DNA of 64,000 nt from Camelus dromedarius. Its lineage: Eukaryota. The DNA lies in assembly GCF_036321535.1 (NCBI RefSeq), contig NC_087437.1:57910001-57974000 (forward strand), given 5' to 3'. Below, piece by piece: positions 1 to 11,799 of the stretch; the stretch's first letter is position 1, and each line of letters starts with the position of its first letter. A program made the position numbers and the translations under genes. The notes beneath the pieces are model-generated. The model did not search any database. It was not told where the DNA came from and was given only the letters and a program-made list of their open reading frames with translations.

Positions 1-198
1 TATAGAAAGGAAAAGGAAGTGGGGAGGGCTATAGTAAACTCAGGCTATGCCTTTTCATTGGCTGAGTCCTTACCAGGAAGGAAGAGGAGCCTTCCTTCTT
101 CCTGTTGGGCTCTGCTTTCCTTGCAGGGCATGAGAGCTCCCCATTCTGGTCTCCCAACTCTATTTAATAGAAATTTCTATTTATTAATTTTTTTTACA
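1..198 (-). mobile_element. ERV LTR, partial (cut by the window edge)
   Basis: The minus strand starts TGTAAAAAAAATTAATAAATAG...GGGAGACCAGAATGGGGAGCTCTCATGCCC, resembling the start of laurasiatherian ERV LTRs. Family not determined. Confidence 0.55.
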
Positions 199-804
199 TT
201 AGCTATTGAAGGTAAGTCTGTGGTGATAACATTAGTGTAACACCTTAAGAAATGAAGTGCTGATACATCTCACGGCACTTCATTTTTCTTCTCTTCATAT
301 TTCATTAAAATACACACAAAAAACCAAAAATCATGACAATAACACAATGGCAATGGAAACTAAAATCTAGCAACAATTTCTCAGCCTCTGGGAGAAATCC
401 ATACTCATGTGCATGGGACGAGCATGTAGCCTCATCCCCAGGTACTGTGTCCACGCAGGACTAGAAAAGCAGCAGAAGCCATCACTGCCTCCCACTGTGT
501 GCCTCCACATCAGAGATGCAGAAATCTAACAGCCACCTCCCCACACATACTGCAAGGAAACCGTCTGCTATGCCATCCAAGATGACTTTCTGTCTCCCCC
601 TGACATTTGTCAGCATTGGTAGGTCCCCTTATATGAAAATTTGAAGACTGTAACGCCTAGTGGTCCAGAAAGGCCAAGTAAGAAAGGAACGGAAAGTTGG
701 TGGAGGGCCCTGGAGAAGACCGGAAGTCTTGACAGTTGTGTACTCCATTCCGCAAAAACTTAAAAGTGTTTCAGATCACTTGGGGTTTGGGGGGTAAACG
801 AGGC

Positions 805-1215
805 TGTGATGGTTCATTTTATGTGTCAACTTGAGAGGCTAAGGGATGCCCAGATAGCTGGGAAAACATTATTTCTAGATGTGTCTGTAAGGGTGTTTCT
901 GAAAGATTAGCATTTGAATTGGTAGACTAAGCAATTCAGGCGGGCATCATCCAATGCTTTGAGGGCCTGAATGGAACAAAAAGGTGACAGAAGAGCAAAT
1001 TTACTTTTTGTTTGCGCTGAGACATGCATCTTCTCCTGCCCTCAGGCATTGGGCACTTCTGGTTTTCGGGCCTTTGGACTCAAACTGAATCAAACCACCA
1101 GCTTTCGTGGTTCTCCAGCTTGTAAACGCGAAGACCATGGGATCTACGGGCCTCCGTATTTAATGTAGCCAAAATATCTCCTATCGGTTCTGTTTCTCTG
1201 GAGAACCCTCGTACA
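805..1215 (+). mobile_element. MLT2-type (ERVL) solo LTR
   Basis: Starts tgtgatggttcattttatgtgtcaacttg and ends ggttctgtttctctggagaaccct...aca, the characteristic MLT2 termini. Confidence 0.85.
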
Positions 1216-1619
1216 CAGCCATTGGAAGCAGAAGATCCTTCCTTACTTAAGCAGAGCCTCACTAATCGATCTCCTCAAAACTGGTGAATGTCTTTGCACA
1301 TCAAATAAGCCTCCAGGGCAATGAAACAGAATTTATCATACTCACATGGAAATTATTGGTGAACAAGGGAGAACACAGAAATCTAGCTTCTGGAAAACTC
1401 CATGCTTGCATCCATGCTCAAGGAGAAGTAAATGGAGGGGTGGCCGTGCAGGGAGGCACAGCGCAGGTGAGACCCACGCTACAATATTTGAATGAGGGAG
1501 AACTGCTCTAAGGTGCAGAAGAAAACCATAGTTTTTTTTTTTTAATATTTAACATTTGAAAAAGAAATATTGGGAAATATCTGCTGTGTTCTTTCAAGTA
1601 AATACATGATATAGTGACC

Positions 1620-2020
1620 TTGTTAGGGTAAGGGATGAATGATGGGATTTAAAACAATTATATTCAGTCTGAAATTATAAAGGAAACTGGCCAAGAAGAG
1701 CGAGGTAGCAAAAGCCAGATTAATTCCACATTGGAAAGGGAAAAGAACAAAGTTGGCACTATAAAAAATTAAGTCATTGATACGAAAGAAATTCACCCCA
1801 AAATCAGAAAATAAGAAAAATTGTGAAAGGGAGGATCCTAAAAACAGCAAAGGCTATAGATTTATCCATGCAAAAGATCTGTATGCCTAAAGAATGAGTC
1901 TTCCCTAATGGAACAGAAATAACAATCAAGAAATAAAGGAAACAGTTCCTGAGAAGAAGACCAACCAGGGCCTGAGATTGCCATGGTCCAGACAAAACAT
2001 AACCAATCTGGCAAATAAAA
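1620..2020 (+). mobile_element. Very old L1/HAL1 ORF1-like remnant
   Basis: A-rich, purine-skewed sequence resembling decayed L1 ORF1; weak recognition only. Confidence 0.35.
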
Positions 2021-2025
2021 TAATG

Positions 2026-2123
2026 GCTGGCATTTGGAGGGGGAGCCTTCTGTTATCCAAAACCAGTGAAAGCTGGCATTTGGAGGGGGAGCCTTCTGTT
2101 ATCCAAAACCAGTGAAAGCTGGC
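2026..2123. repeat. Perfect 46-bp tandem duplication
   Basis: gctggcatttggagggggagccttctgttatccaaaaccagtgaaa at 2026 and 2072, followed by a third gctggc at 2118. Confidence 0.97.
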
Positions 2124-2134
2124 CCTGGTGATTC

Positions 2135-2235
2135 CTTGGGTTCTCTGCATTCAGGCCAGAGCCAGTCCAAATCATGGCTTTACCACTTACAAGCTGTATA
2201 AATGTGGGCAAGTAACTTAACATCGAGCTCACCAT
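2135..2235 (+). mobile_element. MIR fragment
   Basis: ccacttacaagctgtataaatgtgggcaagtaacttaac matches the MIR core. Confidence 0.6.
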
Positions 2236-3546
2236 TAAAATGCTACTTTAAGAAGTGTCCTCACCTCAACACACCCCCCTCCCTTCCACTGATTTCCTTT
2301 CGCTGACCGACTGCACCTGACTTGGTCTGAGTGGGCTTCCTCATTATTCCCTGCAGATTCCACAGCCTTTACTCACCAGGGTGTGTCCAGAAGGAACGGT
2401 GCAAGGGAATTAAAGGCAAAATCAAAGAAAGAAGGAAGTAGCCTAAGATCATCTTCCCTGGAGTAAGAGCAACGGATCTCAAAACAGAATCACAACTCAC
2501 TTTCAATAAAATATCCCCAAAGCCATGTTATCTTCATCCTTCAGAGATGCTCCCCATGTCTTGCTGTAAAGGCAGGTTTGCGTGGGTAGGCTAAGCATTC
2601 CTCTTGTTAGCTTATTTCTGTCATTCATTTTCATTACAAGTTCATTTTCATAAATCAGAGTCACAGAAAAATCCAAATTAATAGCTTCCAATAACTTTAG
2701 TAACTACATGAGCCACCACATTAATTAACACTCCAACATGATCCTTCCCGTAGGCCTACCTGAGGGCAACCCAGGTGAGGGTAAGTCTCCAGCACGTCCC
2801 TTTCCTGTGAGGCAGGCTGGCATTCTATGGGCTTTCACTTTTCAGAGCAGGCCGAGCTGGACCCCCCCAAGAAGAGGAGCGTTTGGTGGGCTCAGACGCT
2901 CTTAAAAAGAGAGCCCAGACTCTGCCCACTTTGTACAGATTCAATATCTAAAACTGGGACTTTTCCAAATAACGCAAGCTTGAAGCAGCCGCTTCCCCTT
3001 TCTCACCAAGTATCATTTTCATTACAGATTAGGATCAAACCTTTACAGTAAATCTTTCCCTACCAATGTTTTCCCCATCCCATTTCAGAGTCAAAGTCTT
3101 ATTTACTCCCTGTAATTAAATCATAATGACAGCTTTTAAATTAAATAATGATCTCAACAAATGCACAAAAATTGTACTAATCTAGTCAGTGGGTTTTATC
3201 TCCAAAGATGCTGGGGAGACCTGGAACTCAGGAAAGCTGACTTCTACTCCAGATTCTTCCACTGCCTAACTAGACTAGAGGCACATCCCTTCTCTTTCAG
3301 GCCTTGAGGTAACGAAGTGAATGGGTGAAGAAGGCCAGGCCAGAGTTTCGGTTCTCATGCAGGGCTCTTTTCAGACATACCACCGGAACTAAGAAAGAAA
3401 CAACACACAGGCTTGCCTTGGAAAGGCTGGGGACAGAGGCCGTATCAGTCAAGTGAGGTAATTTGTGTGGTAGTACTTTGTAAATGCATAGTTACTAATA
3501 ACATATGCGGTGGGAGTCGGGGTGGGCTCTATAAAATGGAAAGAGA

Positions 3547-3684
3547 GGGGAGGGTATAGCTCAGTGGTAGAGCAAGTGCCTAGCATGCACAAGGTCCCGG
3601 GTTCAATCCCCAGTACCTCCATCAAATAAATAAATAAACAAACAGACCTAATTACCTCCCCCTCCTCAACAAACCAAAACAAAA
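3547..3684 (+). mobile_element. tRNA-Ala-derived camelid-type SINE (vic-1-like)
   Basis: ggggagggtatagctcagtggtagagc (A box) ... gggttcaatcccc (B box), then (aaat)n and an A-rich tail. Confidence 0.85.
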
Positions 3685-6600
3685 ACTAACATGAACAGAG
3701 CACTGGATTTAGAACTGGAAGACTTGAGCATAATCGCATTTTAGGGAATGTCAATTTTCCTAAATGTATGAATGGTATACTAGTGCTCTTCCAAAAGAGT
3801 TGTTCTGAAGGTCAAATGCAATACTTCGGTCAAAGCACCTACCACAGAGTGTAGCAGATGATAGGCTCTCAGTAGATGATGTCCAAAGGATAGTAGGTGG
3901 CTGGTCCTCTGGTCTTTCATACTCCACACAGCTGGCCTCCTTTGAGGTCTGAAAAGCCTTAGGCATTCGAGTTCCCTCGACCAAACACGCTGGTACAATC
4001 CCATTTGCACCATCCTGGTCACTTCCCTGAGGATAGCCTGTCAGCAATTTATAGCTTTCCTGATTCAGTGGATTCACATGTCAGAGAAGTCACTCAGAAG
4101 CTAAACTGTTATTGCAAAACATAAAAAAAAATGTTCAAGCTGTCAGAATATTAAACAGGTTCTGACTCCTATATTCAGAATCATTTTCCCTTGCAGAATG
4201 GTTTCCTTCCAGCTGCAATCAATAAACATTTTTGGCAGAAGAGATGCTAAAGGAAAAACAATCTTCCAGTTTGTTTCCAAGGATTTCACTTTGGCCTGTG
4301 CATATAGATCCTACAATGGTAACACTACCCATTTGTTCTGTGCTTTGCAATTAACCTAGCATTTCCGCTTGCATTATATAACCCTAATAGATAGACTGGC
4401 AGGTAACAATTTCCCCAGGTTATACAGGAGGCTCCTGAGAGTCAGAGAAGCCATGTGAGCAGCTCTAATTCCTACCACTAATGAGTGACGGGGAAGATCC
4501 AGGGTCCGCTGGCATGGAGACATGCTTCCAGCACACTCTCTGCCTTGTCTTTTCTCAAGACATGTGGAAGAGGAAGGGGCTGGAATTTGAAGTTAATCCA
4601 ATTTCTCCCCGTGTAACATATCTTAACATATCATTTTGTGCCAACCAAATAAGTCCATCATGAGATACTAAAAAAGATGTCTTTATAATAAGATGACGAG
4701 ATCCTATAACACAGTAAAATTAGCCCTATTTGAATTAGACAAGTAGTAGCAACTGAGTGGCAGTGTGAGCACTTCCTGTTTTAAATGAGCAACAGACTTG
4801 CCAAGTGGTTAAAACCACTCCCCACACTTGTCCTAGGACCACACAGATTCTGATTTTAAGTTAAATCACAACACTACAACTACCACCAGCATTACCTCCT
4901 TAATTTACACAAGAAAGATGTTTAAAACCACCAAAAAGCCAACCCCACATCAACTTGATCGTCTACTATTATTTCTCCCACAGGGAACAGAGTCCAGTAC
5001 AAGCTGTGTTTACTTTCTACATGTTTAGTAACATTTAGTTTTTGTGCAGCCAAGTAACACTTACCTAGTGTAGAAGCACTAGAGTACAAAGGAAAGCATA
5101 AAGAAGCAAAACACATTATCCAGAAAACTCACGCAGAGTTCAGTGAGATTTTTAATGCATTAATTCTGAAAATCCAGCAAAATCAGGACCATAGTTGATC
5201 TAAGGATAATCATAAATATGTTTTCTGTATTAGAAAACTTGAGCTCTTCACTGAAATCAAGGCAGTTCCAAAATATTTCCTGAATGCATGCTGTGTATTA
5301 GAACTAAGATGATGAAGAAGAGTGAAAAAATGAATTAGATTCAAAATTCTGTAAAAAGGAATTGTAAGTGACTAAGTAGGAAAAAAATAATCATTGATCA
5401 AAGTCATGGTTCCTGGATCAATCACGGGAATAGAGAAGGAAATGAACTCTGAACCAGAGATAAGCCAAAAAAGAGGGAACAGGTTGCTCTGCCATCACCA
5501 TGATGACAAATCTGAAAACAATAAACATGTATTGTATGTCTAAAGTCTCAAAGAGCTGGGACCAGCACCTAGAACACAATTTCAGGTTCAAGGTGTTCAA
5601 TTCAACTAATCATGGAAGAAGGCTTTTCATAGAAAAAACATAATCAGTGATGGTGGAACTGAATTGAATACCAAAGAGCCTGGCTGTTTGTTGTTGACTG
5701 AGCTCATAACATCACTTAATGCTAAGAAATAATTTTCAATTCCCATGTAATTAGAACAAAAACAGTATAAGCTAGCCGTGAAGTGGAAAATATAAAGATT
5801 TTTAGAAATAAATAAACCCCAAACAGTATCTCCCAGTGTGGTAATAAAGGATGTTGTATCATTTTATAACATCTTCCTATTCCATAATCAAGGATGCTAT
5901 CTTGAGTTTTATACTTGTTTTCTACTCAGTTTTATTCAGATTTCCTAATTTTAAAAATTTATTTTCACCCTCTGAACTTACTGTAGAAAGCAGCAAAGAG
6001 TTTGTCATTTTTGCTATCATTTCCAAAATCACCAGAAATATAGATGTGTGCTCATTTGAAGTCAGAATATTTCAAGTTTACAAGCTTTCTTCCCAGAAAT
6101 TGTGTAAGTCATTTCTCCGGATGCAAGTTGAAACACAAATACAAGTGTTATGACTCCTCTTGTAGCACTCTAAAAATATACGACAAACAAGAGCTTTTAT
6201 GAAACAGAGTGCTCACTCATTTTTCATAGAAGAGGGGGCATAGTCTGTTTTGGACATAGAATTGTAATTGTGGGTAAGAAGACAAACTAATAGAGCCGGA
6301 AGCTGCCTTGGATGTCCTCAAGTCCAAAGCCCTTGTTTAACCTGACAACACCAAGAAAGGGAAAAGACTCCAGGAAGGTGGGTGTTGAATACACACGAGC
6401 TGACGGTCCGGCATGTGATGACCTGCAGCAGAACCCACAGTAACTCTTTTTTAAACCCACTGATGCTGTTACTGTACCTAATAGTCAATCAAAGCATAGA
6501 TATTTGGAGTGTGCTAAGAATATGACTGACACTGCATTAGTAGATTGGAGATGAAAAGACTATGACAGACTAGACAGACCAGATAAAGAGAGAATATCAT

Positions 6601-6694
6601 GACACAGTTCTCAGCCCAAACAAGTTTACTGTGTGGTTAGGGAAACACAAAAAAATTTATATGAATCAATATGGTATTACTCACCAAGTTGTAG

Positions 6695-7200
6695 AATATC
6701 CATTCATCAATTATTCACCGAGCAAGTACCTTCTATGTACCAAGCACTGTGCTAAGTGCTGGGGTTCAAACAACAGTTCTCAAGGATTTCTCAACTTAGT
6801 GGTGGAGACAAGCATGTAAACAACTTTAGTAAATGCTGTAACAGAAGAACTGTAATAGCATAGAAGAGGGAAACGCTTTCTGGAAAGGTCACAGAGGACT
6901 TCACAGCAGAGGGCTCACCTGAGCAGTGTTTTAAAGGATGAGCAGATCACTGTGCAAAGAGATAGGGAGAAAGTATCCCTGATGGAAGGAACAGCATAGG
7001 TCAAGACATGGGTGAATAACAGAGGACAGTACATCTGCAGAATTCCAAGTGTGGTGAATGCAGGACAGTGGTGGACTATGAGGCTGAAGAGGTAAGCAGG
7101 AGTTAGGAGTTAGATATTGACACATCTTAACAGCACACCATGTTGTTAAGGCCATATTCCTGAAGATAATAAAAAGGTAAAGAAAATCTGGAAGAAGGAC
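6695..7200 (-). mobile_element. L2 3' fragment
   Basis: cattcatcaattattcac...ctatgtaccaagcactgtgctaagtgctgggg is the reverse complement of the L2 3' end. Confidence 0.65.
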
Positions 7201-7234
7201 ACCATCAGACATGAATAATGAAAAGGTAAAAATC

Positions 7235-7415
7235 ACCAGTAGTTTTATTTCTGAAAATGTAATCTAAGAATATAATAATGGGCACATGCAAACACTTAGC
7301 TATGAAAATATTTATCATTGTGATGTTTGTTACAAGAAGAAACTAGAAACAACCTAAATGAACAAGAGTAGGGAATCAGTTTAATAAACGTTGATAGATT
7401 CTTATAACTCATAAA
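7235..7415 (+). mobile_element. Old L1ME-like 3' region, left part
   Basis: Contains aaactagaaacaacctaaatg-type motifs and appears to resume at ~10250. Confidence 0.5.
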
Positions 7416-7514
7416 TGGGTCAAGATGGCAGATTAAGCACATACCCAAAATTCCCTCTTCCACTCTGAAATCAGAAATAACTGAAAATGTAAATAACAAA
7501 AAGAAATGAAAAGA

Positions 7515-7742
7515 CCAGGGTGGGAAGGGACAGACTGGGATTTCAAAATTGTAGAACAGATAAACAAGATTATACTGTATAGCACAGGGAAATATATACA
7601 AGATCCTGTGGTAGCTCACAGCGAAAAAGAATGTGACAATGAATGTATGTATGTTAATGTATAACTGAAAAATTGTGCTCTACACTGGAATTTGATACAA
7701 CATTGTAAAATGACCATAACTCAATAAAAAAATGTTAAAAAA
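7515..7742 (+). mobile_element. Young 5'-truncated L1 (3' UTR) with a perfect 17-bp TSD
   Basis: L1 3' UTR (ctgtatagcacagggaaatatatacaagatc...aataaaaaaatgtt + A tail). TSD aaaaagaaatgaaaaga at 7498-7514 and 7743-7759. Confidence 0.92.
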
Positions 7743-8013
7743 AAAAAGAAATGAAAAGATAAATCATGTATAATTGAAACAGAATCCTCTCAAAAAAACA
7801 ACGGAAAAATTCTGCATGACAGAAAGAGGTAATCCATAGTAATAATTAGGGACAAAGTTACTAGTCCATATGGGATTGGGAACAGATACAGACATTGGGT
7901 CAGGAATCCTAATGTGAACATGCAGTGGGGAACAAATATGACCAATGCATGGTAGGAGGGACAGAGCTGGACTCCCCAAATGAATCCAGAAGCCGGGAAT
8001 ATACTGCCCATCT

Positions 8014-8044
<31 letters not shown>

Positions 8045-8517
8045 CAGATGGAAAATGTCTTCCCGCTCTCCTAGGGCCACTCTGCGGGAAGCAGCAGAAA
8101 TATCCATGTAAAAAGGGGATCTGTGTCTGTGTGACTCAAGGATGCAAGACCTGGAATTGCACTCTCCCCAAAGGAGAAACTCAAACTAAGTTTCTGTTGT
8201 TAAGACATGATTTGGAATTGTGCATTCTGTAGAACCCAGATCCAAGAAAATGCAAAACTCCCCTACAGAACTGGAGAGAAACCCCCAGAAAGGAGAAAAT
8301 ATCTCAAATAAGAATTTTAAAGCACATGAAAAAGCCTAGCAACGTGATATAGAATAATCTGACCCAACAAACAGGATATCATACCCATAAAATAGAGAAA
8401 ATAGATAAATCTGATTAAGAGTTTTAAAAAGTAGTATTAAAATCATCAGAGATTTAAAAAAGATTAATAATCATGATATAAGAACTGACATTTATGAAAT
8501 AAGAACAGGGAGTTGTA

Positions 8518-8650
8518 GGAGGTAGGGTACAGCTCGGGGGCAGGGTGCATGCTAGCATGCACAAGGTCCTGGTTCAATCCCCAGTACCTCCATTAAAATA
8601 AATAAAAATCTAATTATCTCCCCCACTAAAAGAATAAAAATAAAAATAAA
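8518..8650 (+). mobile_element. tRNA-derived SINE, diverged copy of the 3547 family
   Basis: Shares ctagcatgcacaaggtcc..ggttcaatccccagtacctccat and the ctaatta.ctcccc tail with the 3547 copy; the A box is degraded. Confidence 0.85.
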
Positions 8651-8651
8651 G

Positions 8652-9120
8652 ATACTACCCAGCCATAAAAACCGACAACATAATGCCATTTGCAGCAACA
8701 TGGATGCTCCTGGAGAATGTCATTCTAAGTGAAGTAAGCCAGAAAGAGAAAGAAAAATATCATATGAGACCACTCATATGTGAAATCTGAAAAAAAGAAG
8801 ACAAATGAACTTAAATATAAAACAGAAACAGACTTGTAGACATAGAATGCAAACTTGTGGTTGTTGGGGGGAGGGTGGTGGATAGGGACAGACAGGGAGT
8901 TCGAGATTTGTAGATACCGACAGGTATATATAGAATAGATGAGCAAGTTTATATTGTATAGCACAGGGAAATATATTCAAGATCTTGCGGTACCTCATGG
9001 GGAAAAAGAATGTGAAAATAAATATATGTATATTCATGTATGACTGAAAAATTGTGCTATACACCAGAAATTGACACAACATTGTAAACTGACTATAACT
9101 CAAAAAAAAAAAAAAAAAAA
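8652..9120 (+). mobile_element. Young 5'-truncated L1: ORF2 C-terminus, 3' UTR and poly(A)
   Basis: atgccatttgcagcaacatggatg...agtgaagtaagccag encodes the ORF2 end motif MPFAATWM..E...LSEVSQ. The 3' UTR is homologous to the 7515 copy and ends in an A tail. Confidence 0.92.
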
Positions 9121-9399
9121 GAATGGGCAGTTAGGAAACAAGAATAGGCAAAGAAAAAAAGATGAAATCTTTAAAATAAAATAAAAACTCAGTAGTTGAG
9201 CTTGAATAGTATTCAAGTTAGGGTAGAATTTAGCATTGCTGAAATAGAATTCAGAATTAGTATAACAGAAAATGCAAAACAGAGAAGCATGCTCTAGTAT
9301 ATACAATAGGTATTCCCAAAATTGATAAAAGAGAAGCAATGTTAAAACTGCTGAGAATTTTCCAGAGTTAAATACTGACATGAATCTGATTGATAGATT

Positions 9400-10245
9400 G
9401 CTACAACTCTTAAAATGTGGTCCAGAGAATCCCAGAAGTCCCTGGAATCTTTCCAGGGGGTCTGAAAAGTCAAAACAGTTTCTGCAATAATATTAAGGTA
9501 TTATTTGCCCTTTTCATTATCAATCCCTATGATAATGTGTTTTCTAGAGGCTCCACTGTGACATACGATGACATGGTATAATGAACTATGTCAACAGTTG
9601 GAAGATCTTCATTACTCAGTGAACCAGTATTTTCCAAATGACTGATGTAGCCATTAGGTATGTAAGACATAATGCATGGGTAAGAGATCCATTCAAAGTG
9701 GAAAACAGAGCAATGCAAAAGAGTATAAACAGTTCCCTGGGCATGACTTCAAATTCCCTGCTGAAATTAACCTTTAAGAAAACATCACTATTTGAGTTCT
9801 GATATAGTGTTAAGAAAGACTATCCACAATTATTTGAAAGAACTATTAAAATATTTTTCCATTTTCCAATGATATATCTGTGTGAGGCTGAATTTTCCAA
9901 ATATACTTTGACCAAAAGAGTATCTGCCACAGATTGAATATAGAAGCAGATATGAGAACCCAGCTGTCATCCATTAAGTCAGACATTAAGAGTTTGCAAA
10001 AATATAAAACAACGTTATTCTCCATACCAACATTTTTGATTTGATAAATATACTTCTTTTAATAAAAATATGTTGCTGAAATGAATATATAGTCATTTAT
10101 TTTTATTACTTATTTTTAATGAGTTAATTACTTCTTTCAAATTTCTCAGTTTTAACTTCTAACAAGGTAAATATGAATAGATAACAACTCAAACAAACCT
10201 CACTGGAATCCTCAGTAATTCTGAAGTCTGAAGAGTTTGAGAACT
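9400..10245. mobile_element. hAT-Charlie DNA transposon (Charlie1a-like, internally deleted)
   Basis: Left end aaaatgtggtcc...cagggggtc...gtcaaaac...aataatattaag, internal gaagcagatatgagaacccagctgtc, and right end agtttgagaactg. Confidence 0.75.
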
Positions 10246-10249
10246 GAGG

Positions 10250-10530
10250 ACATATGGATAATTTTTAAAGACAAGATTTTTAATGATAATGTAAATAACT
10301 CATGGTGACTTAGTAAAAAGATCATGATATGATGCATAAAAAGTAAAATATTATATAGTGTATAACTCCTTTTTTAACAAACACTGATACATATGTACAT
10401 AGAATTTGAATACATAGCAAAAATGTTACTTTGGTTATTTGATACTTATTAGCCATTAGCTGATTTTTCCCCTATTCTTTATGTGCATTTGAATTTTCCA
10501 AATTTTCTATAATACATTTAATAATAACTA
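10250..10530 (+). mobile_element. Old L1ME-like 3' end, right part
   Basis: AT-rich sequence resembling an L1ME 3' UTR (...tttccaaattttctataata). Confidence 0.45.
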
Positions 10531-11799
10531 TTATTTAACAGATGTTATCTTGGCACCAGCTGTGAACAGAAAAGACACATAACTTCCTCACATGGACCTC
10601 ATAATCCAGCAAGGAGTTAGGAATAAATCAAATAAATACAATATTTAAATATAAGAGTATAAATCTTGATTAGTTTGAAGAATTACTGGGGGGAGGACAT
10701 AATTTAGTTTGAGAATAAGGGAAGGCAGACAGACAGATGGATGCATGACAGATCTCACTCTGCTGGAGTGTGAAAAAACTGACTGAATAAGCAGGAAAAC
10801 AAGACAGAAGGCAAACACATCAAACACGCAAACCAGCAGAAATGAAGAGAATTCCAAAAAGTGCCCCAGGTTCTAAGGAGACGTGGATGCATTAAAGATG
10901 GATGGGGTTAACTAGGAAGGCATTTAAAGGAGGTGACTTTGGGCCTGTGTCTGGAGGGTAACAGAAAAGGTTATCTCAACTGAGTACACAAGGTTTATGT
11001 AGGGATTAAGTTCAGAGTAAAACACCTATTAGAAATGCAGGAATCCACAGCATGGGTCTCAACACTAGTGATCATATCTTCATTTGCTATCAAGTTTTCT
11101 GCTGTACTTTGCAAAATGGAAGGTAGGTAGGTTTGTACAGATTCATTGAATAATATGCACAAACAATAGTTTAGAAGCAATCCTGGTCAGAATTAAATTT
11201 TTAGTTTTTTTTTTTAATACTAGCATTTTCATCTTTTCCTCTTATATTTAGGTTTGCTGTTTTATAAAAATCAGCATTTTTTAAAATTCTAAAAATAAAG
11301 CTTACATTTCTAATGAAGCTAGAATTGTATGTAAATGTTCATTTATTTTTCTTAAATAACATAATAGTAGATGATCTAAAATAGCCTAATTTGGGCAAAA
11401 AGCACAGCCCATATCTAGATAGTTCCTCATTTGTATGTCTGCCATACGAAGGTCAATGTACAACGTAAATAAATGGCTGCAGCGTACACAAGGCCCTGGT
11501 TCACCCATCCGGTAGCTGCCACTTTCTGCTGTTCTGTGAAGGCTACGTGAAGCCAACAGTATCCGTCAAGAGTCTCACATACTTTGCTGAAATGGCAAAT
11601 GATCTAACACAAAGGATATATCATTGGGATATATCTACAGGCAGATCAACTTTTCTAAAATTAGTATAAGTACAGTAAGTGGTCTTGCATACCTGGGCAG
11701 AGGTTTTTTGATTGTGCAGTACTTTGACTCACAACTGCTAAAGCACTAAATAAATATTTATTGAATTTCCTACCTTCGAGGTGTCTGCAGTCGAGTACA

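Larger units (their letters stand above)
7419..9390 (+). mobile_element. Old L1M 5' UTR/ORF1 remnant with younger nested insertions
   Basis: Starts caagatggcagattaagcac, an L1M-type 5' end. Decayed ORF1-like A-rich sequence at 8240-8510 and 9125-9390. Confidence 0.5.

Noticed and set aside
2026..2123. Direct repeats as a CRISPR-like array
   Set aside because: There are no spacers and only two units, and the context is mammalian.
3547..3622. tRNA-Ala-like sequence as a true tRNA gene
   Set aside because: It continues into a SINE-type tail shared with the 8518 copy, so it is a SINE head.
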